A stretch of 64,000 nucleotides of DNA from Squalus acanthias (Eukaryota). The position numbers and the translations under genes were made by a program. Position 1 is the first letter of the stretch. Every line of letters starts with the position of its first letter. This document shows, in pieces, positions 24,356-35,417 of the stretch. The notes beneath the pieces were generated by a model. It was given only the letters and a program-made list of their open reading frames with translations, was not told where the DNA came from and did not search any database. The stretch is taken from the NCBI GenBank assembly GCA_030390025.1, contig CM059432.1, forward strand, positions 115,446,001 to 115,510,000, written 5' to 3'.

Positions 24356-25626
24356 GTTAGCAGTGAGAGAATCTCCCAGAATTCACAATTTAAACACAGA
24401 CAAAATCTATTCAAATATTTCCCTACATCAAAGACACACTAAGAGCACAGCCAAGACAATGAGATGTGTCCCAGGGGGTCCAACGTGTCAAACCACCTGC
24501 TGGCTGCATATCCTGTCAATTTGTGTTGGTTCTTGTGCTAGTCTTTTTAAAAAAAAAACACCTGGGAAGACCGGCCATGATGTCAAGTCACGTTCTGTGT
24601 CGTGACATGAACCCGATATCGCGATTGAGGCCATCCTCATGAGTGCGGAACTTGGCTATCAGTTTCTGCTCTATGATTTTGCGCTGTCGTGTATCCCGAA
24701 GGCCGCCCTGGAGAACGCTTACCCGCAGATCCGAGGCTGAATGCCCCTGGCTGCTGAAGTGTTCCCCGACTGGGAGGGAACCCTCCTGCCTGGCGATTGT
24801 TGCGCGGTGTCCGTTCATACGTTGTCTCAGTGTCTGCATGGTCTCGCCGATGTACCATGCTCTGGAGCATCCTTTACTGCAACGTATCAGGTAGACAACG
24901 TTGGCCGAGTCACATGAGTATGTACCGTGTACCTGGTGGGTAGTGGGTAGACACCACACAACCCTGCCACGGCAACCTCTGCAAGACATGCCAAATCATG
25001 GACACAAATACCATCATCACACGTGAGGACACTACCCACTACCCACCAGGTACACGGTACATACTCATGTGACTCGGCCAACGTTGTCTACCTGATACGT
25101 TGCAGTAAAGGATGCTCCAGAGCATGGTACATCGGCGAGACCATGCAGACACTGAGCCAATGTATGAACGGACACCGCGCAACAATCGCCAGGCAGGAGG
25201 GTTCCCTCCCAGTCGGGGAACACTTCAGCAGCCAGGGGCATTCAGCCTCGGATCTGCGGGTAAGCGTTCTCCAGGGCGGCCTTCGGGATACACGACAGCG
25301 CAAAATCATAGAGCAGAAACTGATAGCCAAGTTCCGCACTCATGAGGATGGCCTCAATCGCGATATCGGGTTCATGTCACGATACAGAACGTGACTTGAC
25401 ATCATGGCCGGTCTTCCCAGGTGTTTTTTTTTTAAAAAGACTAGCACAAGAACCAACACAAATTGACAGGATATGCAGCCAGCAGGTGGTTTGACACGTT
25501 GGACCCCCTGGGACACATCTCATTGTCTTGGCTGTGCTCTTAGTGTGTCTTTGATGTAGGGAAATATTTGAATAGATTTTGTCTGTGTTTAAATTGTGAA
25601 TTCTGGGAGATTCTCTCACTGCTAAC

Positions 25627-25664
25627 TTACCTGAGGAAGGAGCGACAGCTCCGAAAGCTTGTAA
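25627..25664 (+). ncRNA. Minimal type-I hammerhead ribozyme (dimer-type)
   Basis: UUAC-CUGAGGA-A-GGAGC(GACA)GCUCC-GAAA-GCUU-GUAA: stem I UUAC/GUAA, 5-bp stem II, conserved core, palindromic AAGCUU in place of helix III. Confidence 0.75.
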
Positions 25665-25914
25665 AATTAAATAAATCTGTTGGACTATAACCTGGTGTTG
25701 TGCGACTTCTCATTTTTGTCCACCCCAGTCCAACGCCGGCATCTCCACATAATGTATGCATGCCAGAGGTGACTGCTCAGAGTCATATAATTCATAAAAA
25801 CAGCTGGGTAGAATAAAATCTTTACTTATGCCATATTTCTTACTGCTCCTCTTAAAAATAATTGTTGTATATAGCTTTGAAAGATCACACATTGCTTTCA
25901 GATTTTAACACCCC

Positions 25915-26330
25915 CTTCATACAAAAAGACATGTATTTATACACCTCCTCATACCTCTCAAAAAATGAATTACTGATTGTTGTAATGCAAGCAAATGCAA
26001 CAATCATTTTGCCTACAGCAAGATCTCACAAACAACCAGTTAATCTATGTTTGGTGGTATTGGCTGAGGGAGGAATGTTGGCCTGGACACTGACCAAAAT
26101 TCCCTGTTCTTCTTTTAAGTAGTGGCATAGGAACTTTTTAAATTTACCACCAGAACAATTAGGTAGGACCTCAGTTTAACATTTCATCCAAAGGATGGCA
26201 CCTCTGACAATGTAATGTGCCTCACTGGCACACTGCGATGCCAGTCTAGATTATGCGCTCATGCCCTGGGATGGGCCTCAAACACCCAACTCAGAGGCAA
26301 GAGTGTAACCAAATGATCCAAGCTGGCACT
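25915..26330 (-). mobile_element. Degenerate DeuSINE
   Basis: Reverse-strand similarity to 12089-12544 (GGCACCTCTGACAATG; AAAGACATGTATTTATA tail). Confidence 0.65.
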
Positions 26331-26389
26331 TGATTTCATCATGGTAAATGTTAATGGACTCTTATAGCAGATTCATAATTAAGTAGACA

Positions 26390-28975
26390 ATAGAGGTGCC
26401 ATTACATGACTCGGTGTATTCTATAGGCCGCCAACTAGTGGCAAGGATATAGAGGAGCAAATGTGCAGGGAAATTGCAGAAAGGTGCAAGAACTATAGAG
26501 TAGTGATAATGGGGGACTTCAACTATCCTAATATAGACTGGGCTAGTAATAGTGTAAAGGGCAGAGAGGGGGAAGAATTTCTGAAGTGTGTTCAGGAGAA
26601 CTTTCTTGATCAGTATGTTTCTGGCCCAACGAGGAAGGAGGCATTGCTGGATCTGGTTCTGGTTCTGGGGAATGAGGTGGGTCAAGTGGAGCAAGTGTCA
26701 GTAGGGGAACATTTCAGGAACAGTGATCACAGTATCACAAGGTTTAGACTAGCTATGGAAAAGGACAGGGAGCAATCTAGAGTAAAAATAATTAATTGGA
26801 AGAAGGCAAATTTCAGTGGGTTGAGAATGGATCTGGCCCGGGTAAATCGGAATCAAAGATTGACAGGCAAAACTGTTGTCGAACAATGGGCTGCCTTTAA
26901 ATAGGAGATGGTTCGGGTACAGTCGAGTTACATTCCTACGAGGGGGAAAGGTAGGGCAACCAAAGCCAGAGCTCCCTGGATGACGAAAGAGATAGAGAGT
27001 AAGATAAAGCAGAAATAGGGGCGTATGACAGATGTCAGGTCAAGAATACATCTGAGAATCAGACTGAATATGGAAAGTTCAGAGGGGAATTGAAAAAGGA
27101 AATAAGAGGGGCAAAGAGAGAGTATGAGAATAGATTGGCAGCTAACATAAAAGGAATCCAAAAGTCTTCAATAGGCATATAAATAGTAAACGGGTAGTAA
27201 GAGGAGGGGTGGGGCCAATTAGGGACCAAAATGGAGACCTACGCATGGAGGCAGAGGGCATGATGAGGTACTAAATGAGTATTTTGCATCTGTCTTTACC
27301 AAGGAAGAAGATGCTGCCAAAGTCATAGTGAAAAAGGATGTAGATACTGAATGGGATAAAAATTGATAAAGAGAAGGTACTAGAAAGGCTGGCTGTACTT
27401 AAAGTAGATAAGTCACCAGGACCGGATGGGATGCATCCTAGGATGCTGAGGAAAGTAAAGGTGGAAATTGTGGAGGTACTGGCCATAATCTTCCAATCCT
27501 CCTTAGATACGGGGCTGGTGCCAGAGGACTGGAGAATTGCAAATGTTACACCCTTGTTGAAAAAAGGGTGTAAGGATAAATCCAGCAGCTACAGGTCAGT
27601 CAGTTTAACCTCGGTAGTGGGGAAGCTTTTAGAAACGATAATCCAGGACAAAATTAACAGTCACTTGGACATGTGTGGATTGATTAAGGAAAGCCAGCAC
27701 GGACTTGTTAAAGGCAAATCGTGTTTAACTAACTTGATTGAGTTTTATGATGAGGTAACAGAGAGGGTTGATAAAGGCAATGCGGTTGATGTGGTGTACA
27801 TAGACTTCCAAAAGGCGTTTGATAAAGTGCCACATAATAGGCTTGCCAGCAAAGTTGAAGCCCATGGAATAAAAGGGACAGTGGCAGCATGGATACGAAA
27901 TTGGCTAAGTGACAGGAAACAGAGAGTAGTGGTTTATTGGACTGGAGGAAGGTATACAGTGGCGTTCCCCAGGGGTCGGTACTAGGACCAATGCTTTTCT
28001 TGATATATATTAATGACTTGGACTTGGGTGCACAGGGCACAACTTCAAAATTTGCAGATAACACAAAACTTGGAAGTATAATGAACTGTGAGGAGGATAG
28101 TGATAGATTTCAAGAGGACATAGAAAGGTTGGTGGAATGGGCGGACACGTGGCAGATAAAATTTAATGCAGAAAAGTGCGAAGTGATACATTTTGGTAGG
28201 AAGAACGAGGAGAGACAATATAAACTAAAGGGTACAATTCTAAATGGGGTACATAAACAGAGAGACCTGGGGGTATATGTGCACAAATTGTTGAAGGTGG
28301 CAGAGCAGGTTGAGAAAGCGGTTAAAAAAGCCTATGGGATCCTGGGCTTCATAAATAGAGGCATAGAGTACAAAAGCAAGGAAGTTATGGTGAACCTTTA
28401 TAAAACACTGGTTCAGCCTCAACTGGAGTATTGTGTCCAATTCTGAACACCACACTTTTGGAAGGATGTGAAGGCCTTAGAGAGGGTGCAGAAAATATTT
28501 ACGAGAATGATTCCAGGGATGAGGGACTTCAGTTTCGTGGATAGACTGGAGAAGCTGGGGTTGTTCTCCTTAGACCAGAGAAGGTTGAGAGGAGATTTGA
28601 TAGAGGTGTTCAAAATCATGAGGGGACTAGACAGAGTAGATAGAGAGAAACTGTTCCCTTTGGCGGAAGGGTCGAGAACCAGAGGACACAGATTTAAGGT
28701 GATTGGCAGAAGAACCAAAGGTGACATGAGAAAAATCTATTTTATGCAGCGAGTGGTTAGGATCTGGAATGCACTGCCTGAAAGGGTGGTGGAGGCAGAT
28801 TCAATCGTGGCTTTCAGCAGGGAATTGGATAAGTACCTGAAGGAAAAAAATTTGCAGTGCTACGGGGAAAGGCGGGGGAGTGGGACTAGCTGAAGTGCTC
28901 TAGCAGAGAGCCAGCATGGGCTCGACGGGCCAAATGGCCTCCTTCTGTGCTGTAACCATTCTATGATTCTGTGAA
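26390..28975 (+). mobile_element. CR1 LINE, 5'-truncated ORF2 with stops/frameshifts
   Basis: ORFs 26461-26904 (GDFNYPNIDW, SDH), 27431-27985, 27937-28446, 28468-28893; ATTCTATG tail. Confidence 0.95.
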
Positions 28976-31639
28976 GTGTAAATATATACAGACTAAATAA
29001 AGATATTTAACCCTATTTCAAATGTCACTTATAGGGCTCTTGGTTGTGCACATAAAAATGCAGAGAATAGAAACTTGGTTTATCTTAATCAGATCTAAAC
29101 CCTACTAATTTCCTTAGTTGTTTTAATTGTGCAGCAGTGCATTACATCTCAAAGAATATGGACTGGCAGGAGTGATGCTAAACATTAAGTTAAGCCATAT
29201 AAACATTTTAAATTGACTCAATTTGATATGAAGGCAGGTTCTTCCCTGTGTAATTGAATTAAAATCACATTGGTCTGTGATTTCTATCCACTCGTACCTC
29301 ATTGTACATATTTAGTTGATATTCAGATATTTAATTGATGATGTTAACAATAACATATATTTTATACAAATCAGGTCAATCTTTGTTTGTTTAAACATTT
29401 AGAAATAGAATGAATTAATTCAGTTGATCTGAACTTCTTCTAGTATTGAAGTCTGGACTGGGTGATATCTCTTCTCATTTATAGTGTGTCTTTATACTGA
29501 TTTGCACTGACTATCCAAAGTTAACTTTGTGATGTTGCTATTATGCAACTACATCAACTAATTGTTTTCTGTTGATGTTACATACAGTCTAAAAGTCAGC
29601 AACATCTGTATCAGCTCTTCTTGGCAGTATTTGAAGTCTCAATCAGTCTGTTATTTTTTCTCCTGAACTGATGGTGAACAGTAGCTTGAGCGTATTTTCT
29701 AAATCACAGTGGCAATAAATCAAGGCAAATAGCAATCAATTGTACAGTTGGTTCAAAAAGTAAATGAAAATCTAAAATTGTCATAGTTGGATCTCTGGCA
29801 AAAATGTAATGAAACTGTGCAACAGGAACTTTACAACAAAATTCAGTCTCCCCATCACAGAACCTATTCAATGTCAATTACGATAAGATAAAATTCCAAT
29901 TATGATATTTTTGTTCTAATAATAAATCATCACACGACTTCTGAGAATCACTGTTGGTGAGAGCTGGAGGTCTTGAATCACTGAGATTTATGTTGAATAC
30001 TCATTCTTTAAAATGATCAGCCTGTGAAGCCTCTCTTACAGCAGCAGTGCCTACCTGCAATAGATGTCACAGTCTGCTCTGTGAGAAATTCACCTAAACA
30101 GTGGGTGCGTAACTGGGAGAAGGAAGGGCATTTGCATGAGGGTTTATTACATGAATACTCCTGATTTTTTTTTATATAAATTTGGTGTCATTTGTTGTTA
30201 TTAAGGTTTTTTTTAAGGGATTGATTGCTTTTTCTCACGCCTGGCCTCTTTTGTTGTTAATGGAATGCCCTTGTTGGTGCCGTGGATCTGATCTGATCTT
30301 TTAATGGCACTTGTGAAGTTTGTTCAGTTGTGCATATGTGAAGCAAGGGGGTGGGCGTAGAGAATAATTTCCCAGAGGTTTCTGCGACCACATGTAGTGA
30401 GGCTTGACAGGCTACAATGAGTTGCTCAGTGCCATAAGCAACATATCAGATCTTTTATCAGGCAGCAGTTCAACCAAACTGATGACAGTTCCTCAGTTTC
30501 CCAACCAAATTGATGAGAAGCTGTAGTAACTCATCTATATCATTGTTTAATCATCCTAGTAGCAAACTCCTACTTGTGGATTGCCAAACATATCAGGGAC
30601 AGTGCCCCTGCTGCTTGGGTGCCTTCCAGGTGTCTAAAACTGACATTTTTCTAGTGAGTGTAGAACACACACATTTCTATTATTATTAAGGGAAGTGCCA
30701 TCGTTCTTATCTGTATCTATAGTGTCACTATTCTCAACAGCACCCATCACTGCACTGGGATCCATCTCAGATCCCCAGAGAAGTTTTACGAGAGGCCACA
30801 ACCACAGGCAGACCTGGAATGATCAGTGGTAAGCAACATCTTCAGGTGCATGTTATGTGAAACATAAGCAGTATTAGGGTGTTGTGGAAAAGAAACTGGA
30901 TTTATGTGGTGGAGGAGTTACATCTGTAGAGAAGGAATTTGTTACTTGTTGAATTGAAAGGAATTACAGCAGTTTCTTACATAGTGACCACTGCCCAAAA
31001 TACAAATTAATTATTGACAGATAGGCAGATTGAAAACACTTCTGTTGGATTCCAATACAAGGATAATTTATGGCATTTAAAAGTTGATTGTGTGTTTGGC
31101 ATAATTGCTCCAAACTACGTGTTATATTTAACCATCATTAAATGAGGACAACATGATTACCCAACACACTGCACTACAACAGCACAGTAAGCAGGTCCAA
31201 TTCTCCATGTCACTGAATTGTCAATCTTAGTTACACTACTGTAGAAAAGCACTTAGCAGAGACCAAGCCTCTTCCTGTAGAAAGGAGGAAAAATTGGAGG
31301 GAGTGTCATTTCCAGAGTTTCTTCATTGTCAGTGCCACTGGATAGAAACCCTGGGAGCAGTATGCCTGCTATCAATGTTCCCTTTAATTTTATTTTTGGG
31401 TGCACGGCCCCTTTAAGGGGCTGCGCGGCATATTCAAGATACCGCGCATGCACGGCTTTTCCTATTTAAAAGCCAGTGAGCCGGCTGCGAGGCCATGCTC
31501 CTTAAAGGGAGTATTGCCTGCTAACCCACTCAGTTGCAGATGGTGCATGGCCTCGGGGTGCCAATGAACTGGGAAGAGGGATTTGATTGTTTCACAAAAA
31601 CAAAACCCTATTAAAGTTTATCTGTTAAAACATACATAC

Positions 31640-31760
31640 TCAATGTTCTGATGAAGGGTCTACACCCAAAACATCATAACCTGTCTTTTCTCTTTGCAGA
31701 TGTTGACTGACTTGATGTCTATTTCGATTTTTATTTCAGATTTCCAGTTTTCCCTTTTTA
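31640..31760 (+). mobile_element. Short Penelope-derived repeat with decayed hammerhead
   Basis: GTT-CTGATGAA-GGGT(CTAC)ACCC-AAAAC (GAAA decayed to AAAA), followed by the family motif TCTCTTTGCAGATG. Confidence 0.55.
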
Positions 31761-32221
31761 TTTTACATTCTACGTTTGTATAACCAACATAAAGATGGAC
31801 ATCAATTTACCTTTAGGCCAAAATTTTGATAAAGATTTCACATGAACTTAAGATTGTGGGACACTTTGCATTGTGAACAAAAGATCATGCTGTTGAACAC
31901 TTGAATTGGCATCAATAATCTTCTTGTGTCCAAACCCATGACATTACAGCCATCGTTCCAGCCTTATATTAATATGTACTATAGTATCATAAACCAAGAA
32001 ACATACGGCAGGTATCAAACTGCTGTGTGAATTGTACAGTATTTGGATATGTAGTATGTAAGTTCTCTGCTTTCTCACAGCAGTTTATCCATACACTACA
32101 TAATTAAAATATGAAACCAAAAAACAATGACAGAAACATTAGCATTTGATGGATGTGACTTAGAAGCTGTGTCCTTAAAACTGACCTCAATCTTTTCCAG
32201 CTTATTAACAACCTGGAGTGA

Positions 32222-32380
32222 GATGAGCTGGACAGCTGTCTCCTCCATCAGCATCAGTCATCCTGAGGAAGTTGGGCCACCTCCTGTGACCTTGAGTGAG
32301 CACTTAATGCTGGTTAATTTATCCTTGATGTGTTGTCTGATGTCCATGTACTCTCTCCTGCATTGTCCCCAGATCTTCTT
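32222..32380 (-). pseudogene. Ancient Myb/SANT-like (Harbinger accessory-gene type) coding relic
   Basis: Manual translation: KKIWGQCRREYMDIRQHIKDKLTSIKCSLKVTGGGPTSSG*LMLMEETAVQLI, aligning with RRTWVQCQKRFNDL...EKRAHN..ERTRGG...LTSAEE of the 39898 gene. Confidence 0.55.
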
Positions 32381-32469
32381 GCCTTCAAAGCTAGTATTTA
32401 TAATAGTTTTTTTGTATACACACAACTACTTTTCTGCTATTTTCTTTCTTGTTGCCAAAGTTTTGATTT

Positions 32470-32852
32470 TTGCCAGAGCTTTGATAGAGGTGTACAAGAT
32501 TATGACGGGTTTGGATAAGGTAGACAGAGAAAGGCTGCTCCCATTAGCTGATGGTACAAGGACTAGGGGACACAGATTTAAGGTTCTGGGCAAGAGATAC
32601 GGGGGGGAATGTGAGGAAGAACTTTTTTACGCAGTGAGTGGTAATGACCTGGAACTCGCTGCCGATGAGGGTGGTGGAAGTGGAGACGATCAATGATTTC
32701 AAAACGAAATTGGATAGACACTTGAGGGAAATAAACTTGCAGGGCGACGGGGATAGAGCGGGGGAATGGGACTGACTGAATTGCTCTACAGAGAGCCGGC
32801 ATGGACTTAATGGGCTGAATGGCCTCCTTCTATGCCGTAATGAGACTATGAC
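32470..32852 (+). mobile_element. CR1 3' fragment
   Basis: LIEVYKIM.GLDKVD, TRGHRFK; CR1-type 3' UTR. Confidence 0.9.
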
Positions 32853-35084
32853 TAAGTTTCTCCTTTGACAGTTTACTGTCTCAGTCATCAGTATTCCATC
32901 TGTGTACATCTATGCATTTGGCTAACATTGTTAATCATGATATCATCATCAAAAGACATTACATCTACTGCCTGCAAAGTAAAAGTATGGGTTTGAGTCT
33001 TTAACATCAGTGCTCATCTAATCATTGGGAAAAACAATTGTTTTGATTGGTGACTTAAGGTTAAAGACTTCACAACCCTAATTGTCTTTGGGTGAAAAGT
33101 TCTGCCAGACTTCCTGTATAACTCCCAAGTTCCTAATTCTTTACTCATGTCCCCTTGTATTTGAATCCTTTATCATAGTGAACAAAAATTGTTTCCTCAA
33201 AATTATATGGCTTGGACATTATAAACCAGAATATATGTGTAAAAAAAAACTTTTAATAAGCCTACGGACACACAAATAACAGAAAACTCCCTCTACAGAG
33301 CTGGTGGATTGATATCCGTGACTAGCCCCCCTCTCCTAAACTGGCAGTCAATTCAGAAGTAGAAAACCCTGAAACAACAGATTTTAAAAAAAATTCTGCA
33401 CGGATTAAGAAAACAAAACTGATTCTTCTGTAATAAGTAATCAATTGCATGATGATAAAGCAAGCACTGAGACCAAGCAAGCAGCCACTGAGCTGGTCAT
33501 GCAATGTAATTCTATTAGTCATAGCAAGAGGGCAGCACAGTGGCACAACTCACTCAAGCATCAAAACACTGCTATTGCAGTTTTTGTCCCTCCTTCTCTG
33601 AATTCTCAATCTCAGACTTATCCAAAATTACCAACATCTGGTTTATCCAAGAAATCAAGGGGGAAGGACAAGCGTGACACTAGATTGGCAGGATTTGTAC
33701 ATAATTAAATCTGTTGAATTTAGTACTATTTAATTTCATCTTAGTGTTCATCAGCATTGCATAGAGAACAAAACCTACCTGCAAAGTACACACCTTTGCC
33801 GAAGTTTAACTGGACAGGGATAACTTCAATGCAGAATGCACATAGCGGGTGGAATTAGATGAAAGTACATCACCTTCCTGGCGATATACACATTTGAATT
33901 AACTCTTTGTGTACATAGTTGGCTCTCACACCCCTGAAACAATTGGGACTGGATCACTGTCTCCTGACTGTAAAAGCCAGTCCTTCATTAGGAAGGTCCA
34001 TCAATCTTCTAGTGTTTGTGTGTGTGGTAATATTGTTCAACAGATCAGTCAGCATCTGTAAAGAGAAACGACAGTGTAATGACGAGAAATTATTGGCTAA
34101 TTGACATAGAAGAGATTTTCAGCTTAATCTGTAATATGTTTCTGACCTGAATTCAGGACTAGGATTTCTAAGGGTTAATTCTCAAGGGTGAAGCATCCTT
34201 TCCATCATCTTGACAGAGAAAGGCAGACTGGTGTCGTCAAGACAACGAATGGTTTGGTATGTTAATGAGCTCAGCTGGGAGCAAATGAACCAACCATTGA
34301 AATTGTTAATTTTTCATCTCATTTCAGACACTTCCAGTAAGCATCCACACCATGAGAGTGTGAGAGATAATGTGTTCTTGTGTACATAGCATGGGCTGTC
34401 TGGTAGGAATCCACTCTTAGGAGGGTGGTAGCTGGTTTAATTGGCAGCTCTACTGGCCAACTCCCAGACAGGGAAGGAGTTATGTGTCAAACTACCAAAC
34501 TTCTTGTCCAGAGAGGCCACAAAATAACAAAGACCCACATATTTATGGTCTGTTGATAAAGTCTGCTAAGAGAGGCAGGTAAGGCCTAGGCTGGTCTACC
34601 TTAAGCAGCAAGCTGACCCGTCCCAGAGCAAGCCTTCTCTGATTCAGTGATAAGGCTGACCAAAACCGAGTGTTACTTAGCCCATTAACTGGGATGAGGT
34701 GGTGCTGTTTATTATTTTTTTATTTATGATGAAGTTAAGTTGAAGTAAAGTGAGATTTTCTATAATTGTTATGTAAGTATGTTTACTTACTGCAAAATAA
34801 AACAGCTTAATGATTCGACTAAGGCCTCATCTCACTAAAGTATTAATCAATCTGTCTTTTGGAAGATTAGAGAAGTGTCGGTGAGGCACATTCAACGATT
34901 ATAATATTCAGTTCATATAACAAGAGAGGCTAATTGTTAGACCTTCTAGGTTGTGATATTGTATTTTAAGGGATTGGACTGTATGGGCAAACTCCTGAAC
35001 GTAAGTGATGCGGAATCTGCTTATGGGAGTCACCAGTACCATTGAATCTGAGAGAATATCGAAGGCAAACTGAAAATTTGCAAC

Positions 35085-35230
35085 AGACACTTTATGACAT
35101 TTTGGGTGTGAACCCTTTGTCGGAACCTGAATCATCATAACATCTATTTGTTCTCTTTACAGATGCTGAATAACCTGCTGTGTATCCCCAGCATTTTCTG
35201 TTTTTATTTCAGCTTTCCAGCATCTGCTTT
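35085..35230. mobile_element. Short Penelope-derived repeat, rearranged; decayed hammerhead on the minus strand
   Basis: Minus GGTTCCGACAAAGGGTTCACACCCAAAA next to plus CTCTTTACAGATGCTG...CCAGCATTTTCTG. Confidence 0.5.
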
Positions 35231-35417
35231 TTTCCCTTTTTATTTTGTAGAAGGACACAATGTACTAAGAATCCAATTTAAAACATTGACTGAATATGCA
35301 CAAAATGATGCAAAATGGATTTGATAACACACAATGCTGCAAATGGCCCAGTAACAGAGACAACTTGGACTCATACTATCCAGTTTCAGTCCATAGAAAT
35401 TTGGTGAAAAACACCAA

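Larger units (their letters stand above)
24265..25749. mobile_element. Penelope-like element (GIY-YIG; Neptune-like) inserted as an inverted duplication
   Basis: Arms 24265-24950 and 25032-25717 are near-perfect reverse complements with an 81-bp spacer; 12-bp TSD TAATGTATGCAT (24253-24264/25750-25761). ORFs 24588-24989(-) and 25023-25394(+) encode NVVYLIRC..C..WYIGET..RMNGH..HF. Confidence 0.92.

Noticed and set aside
24588..25394. GIY-YIG ORFs as homing endonuclease or host nuclease
   Set aside because: Multi-copy, 5'-truncated, with pLTR, hammerhead and TSD: a Penelope-like retroelement.
30300..30850. Possible very old transposase relic (also 59700-60060)
   Set aside because: Only vague motif resemblance; not supportable without a translated search.
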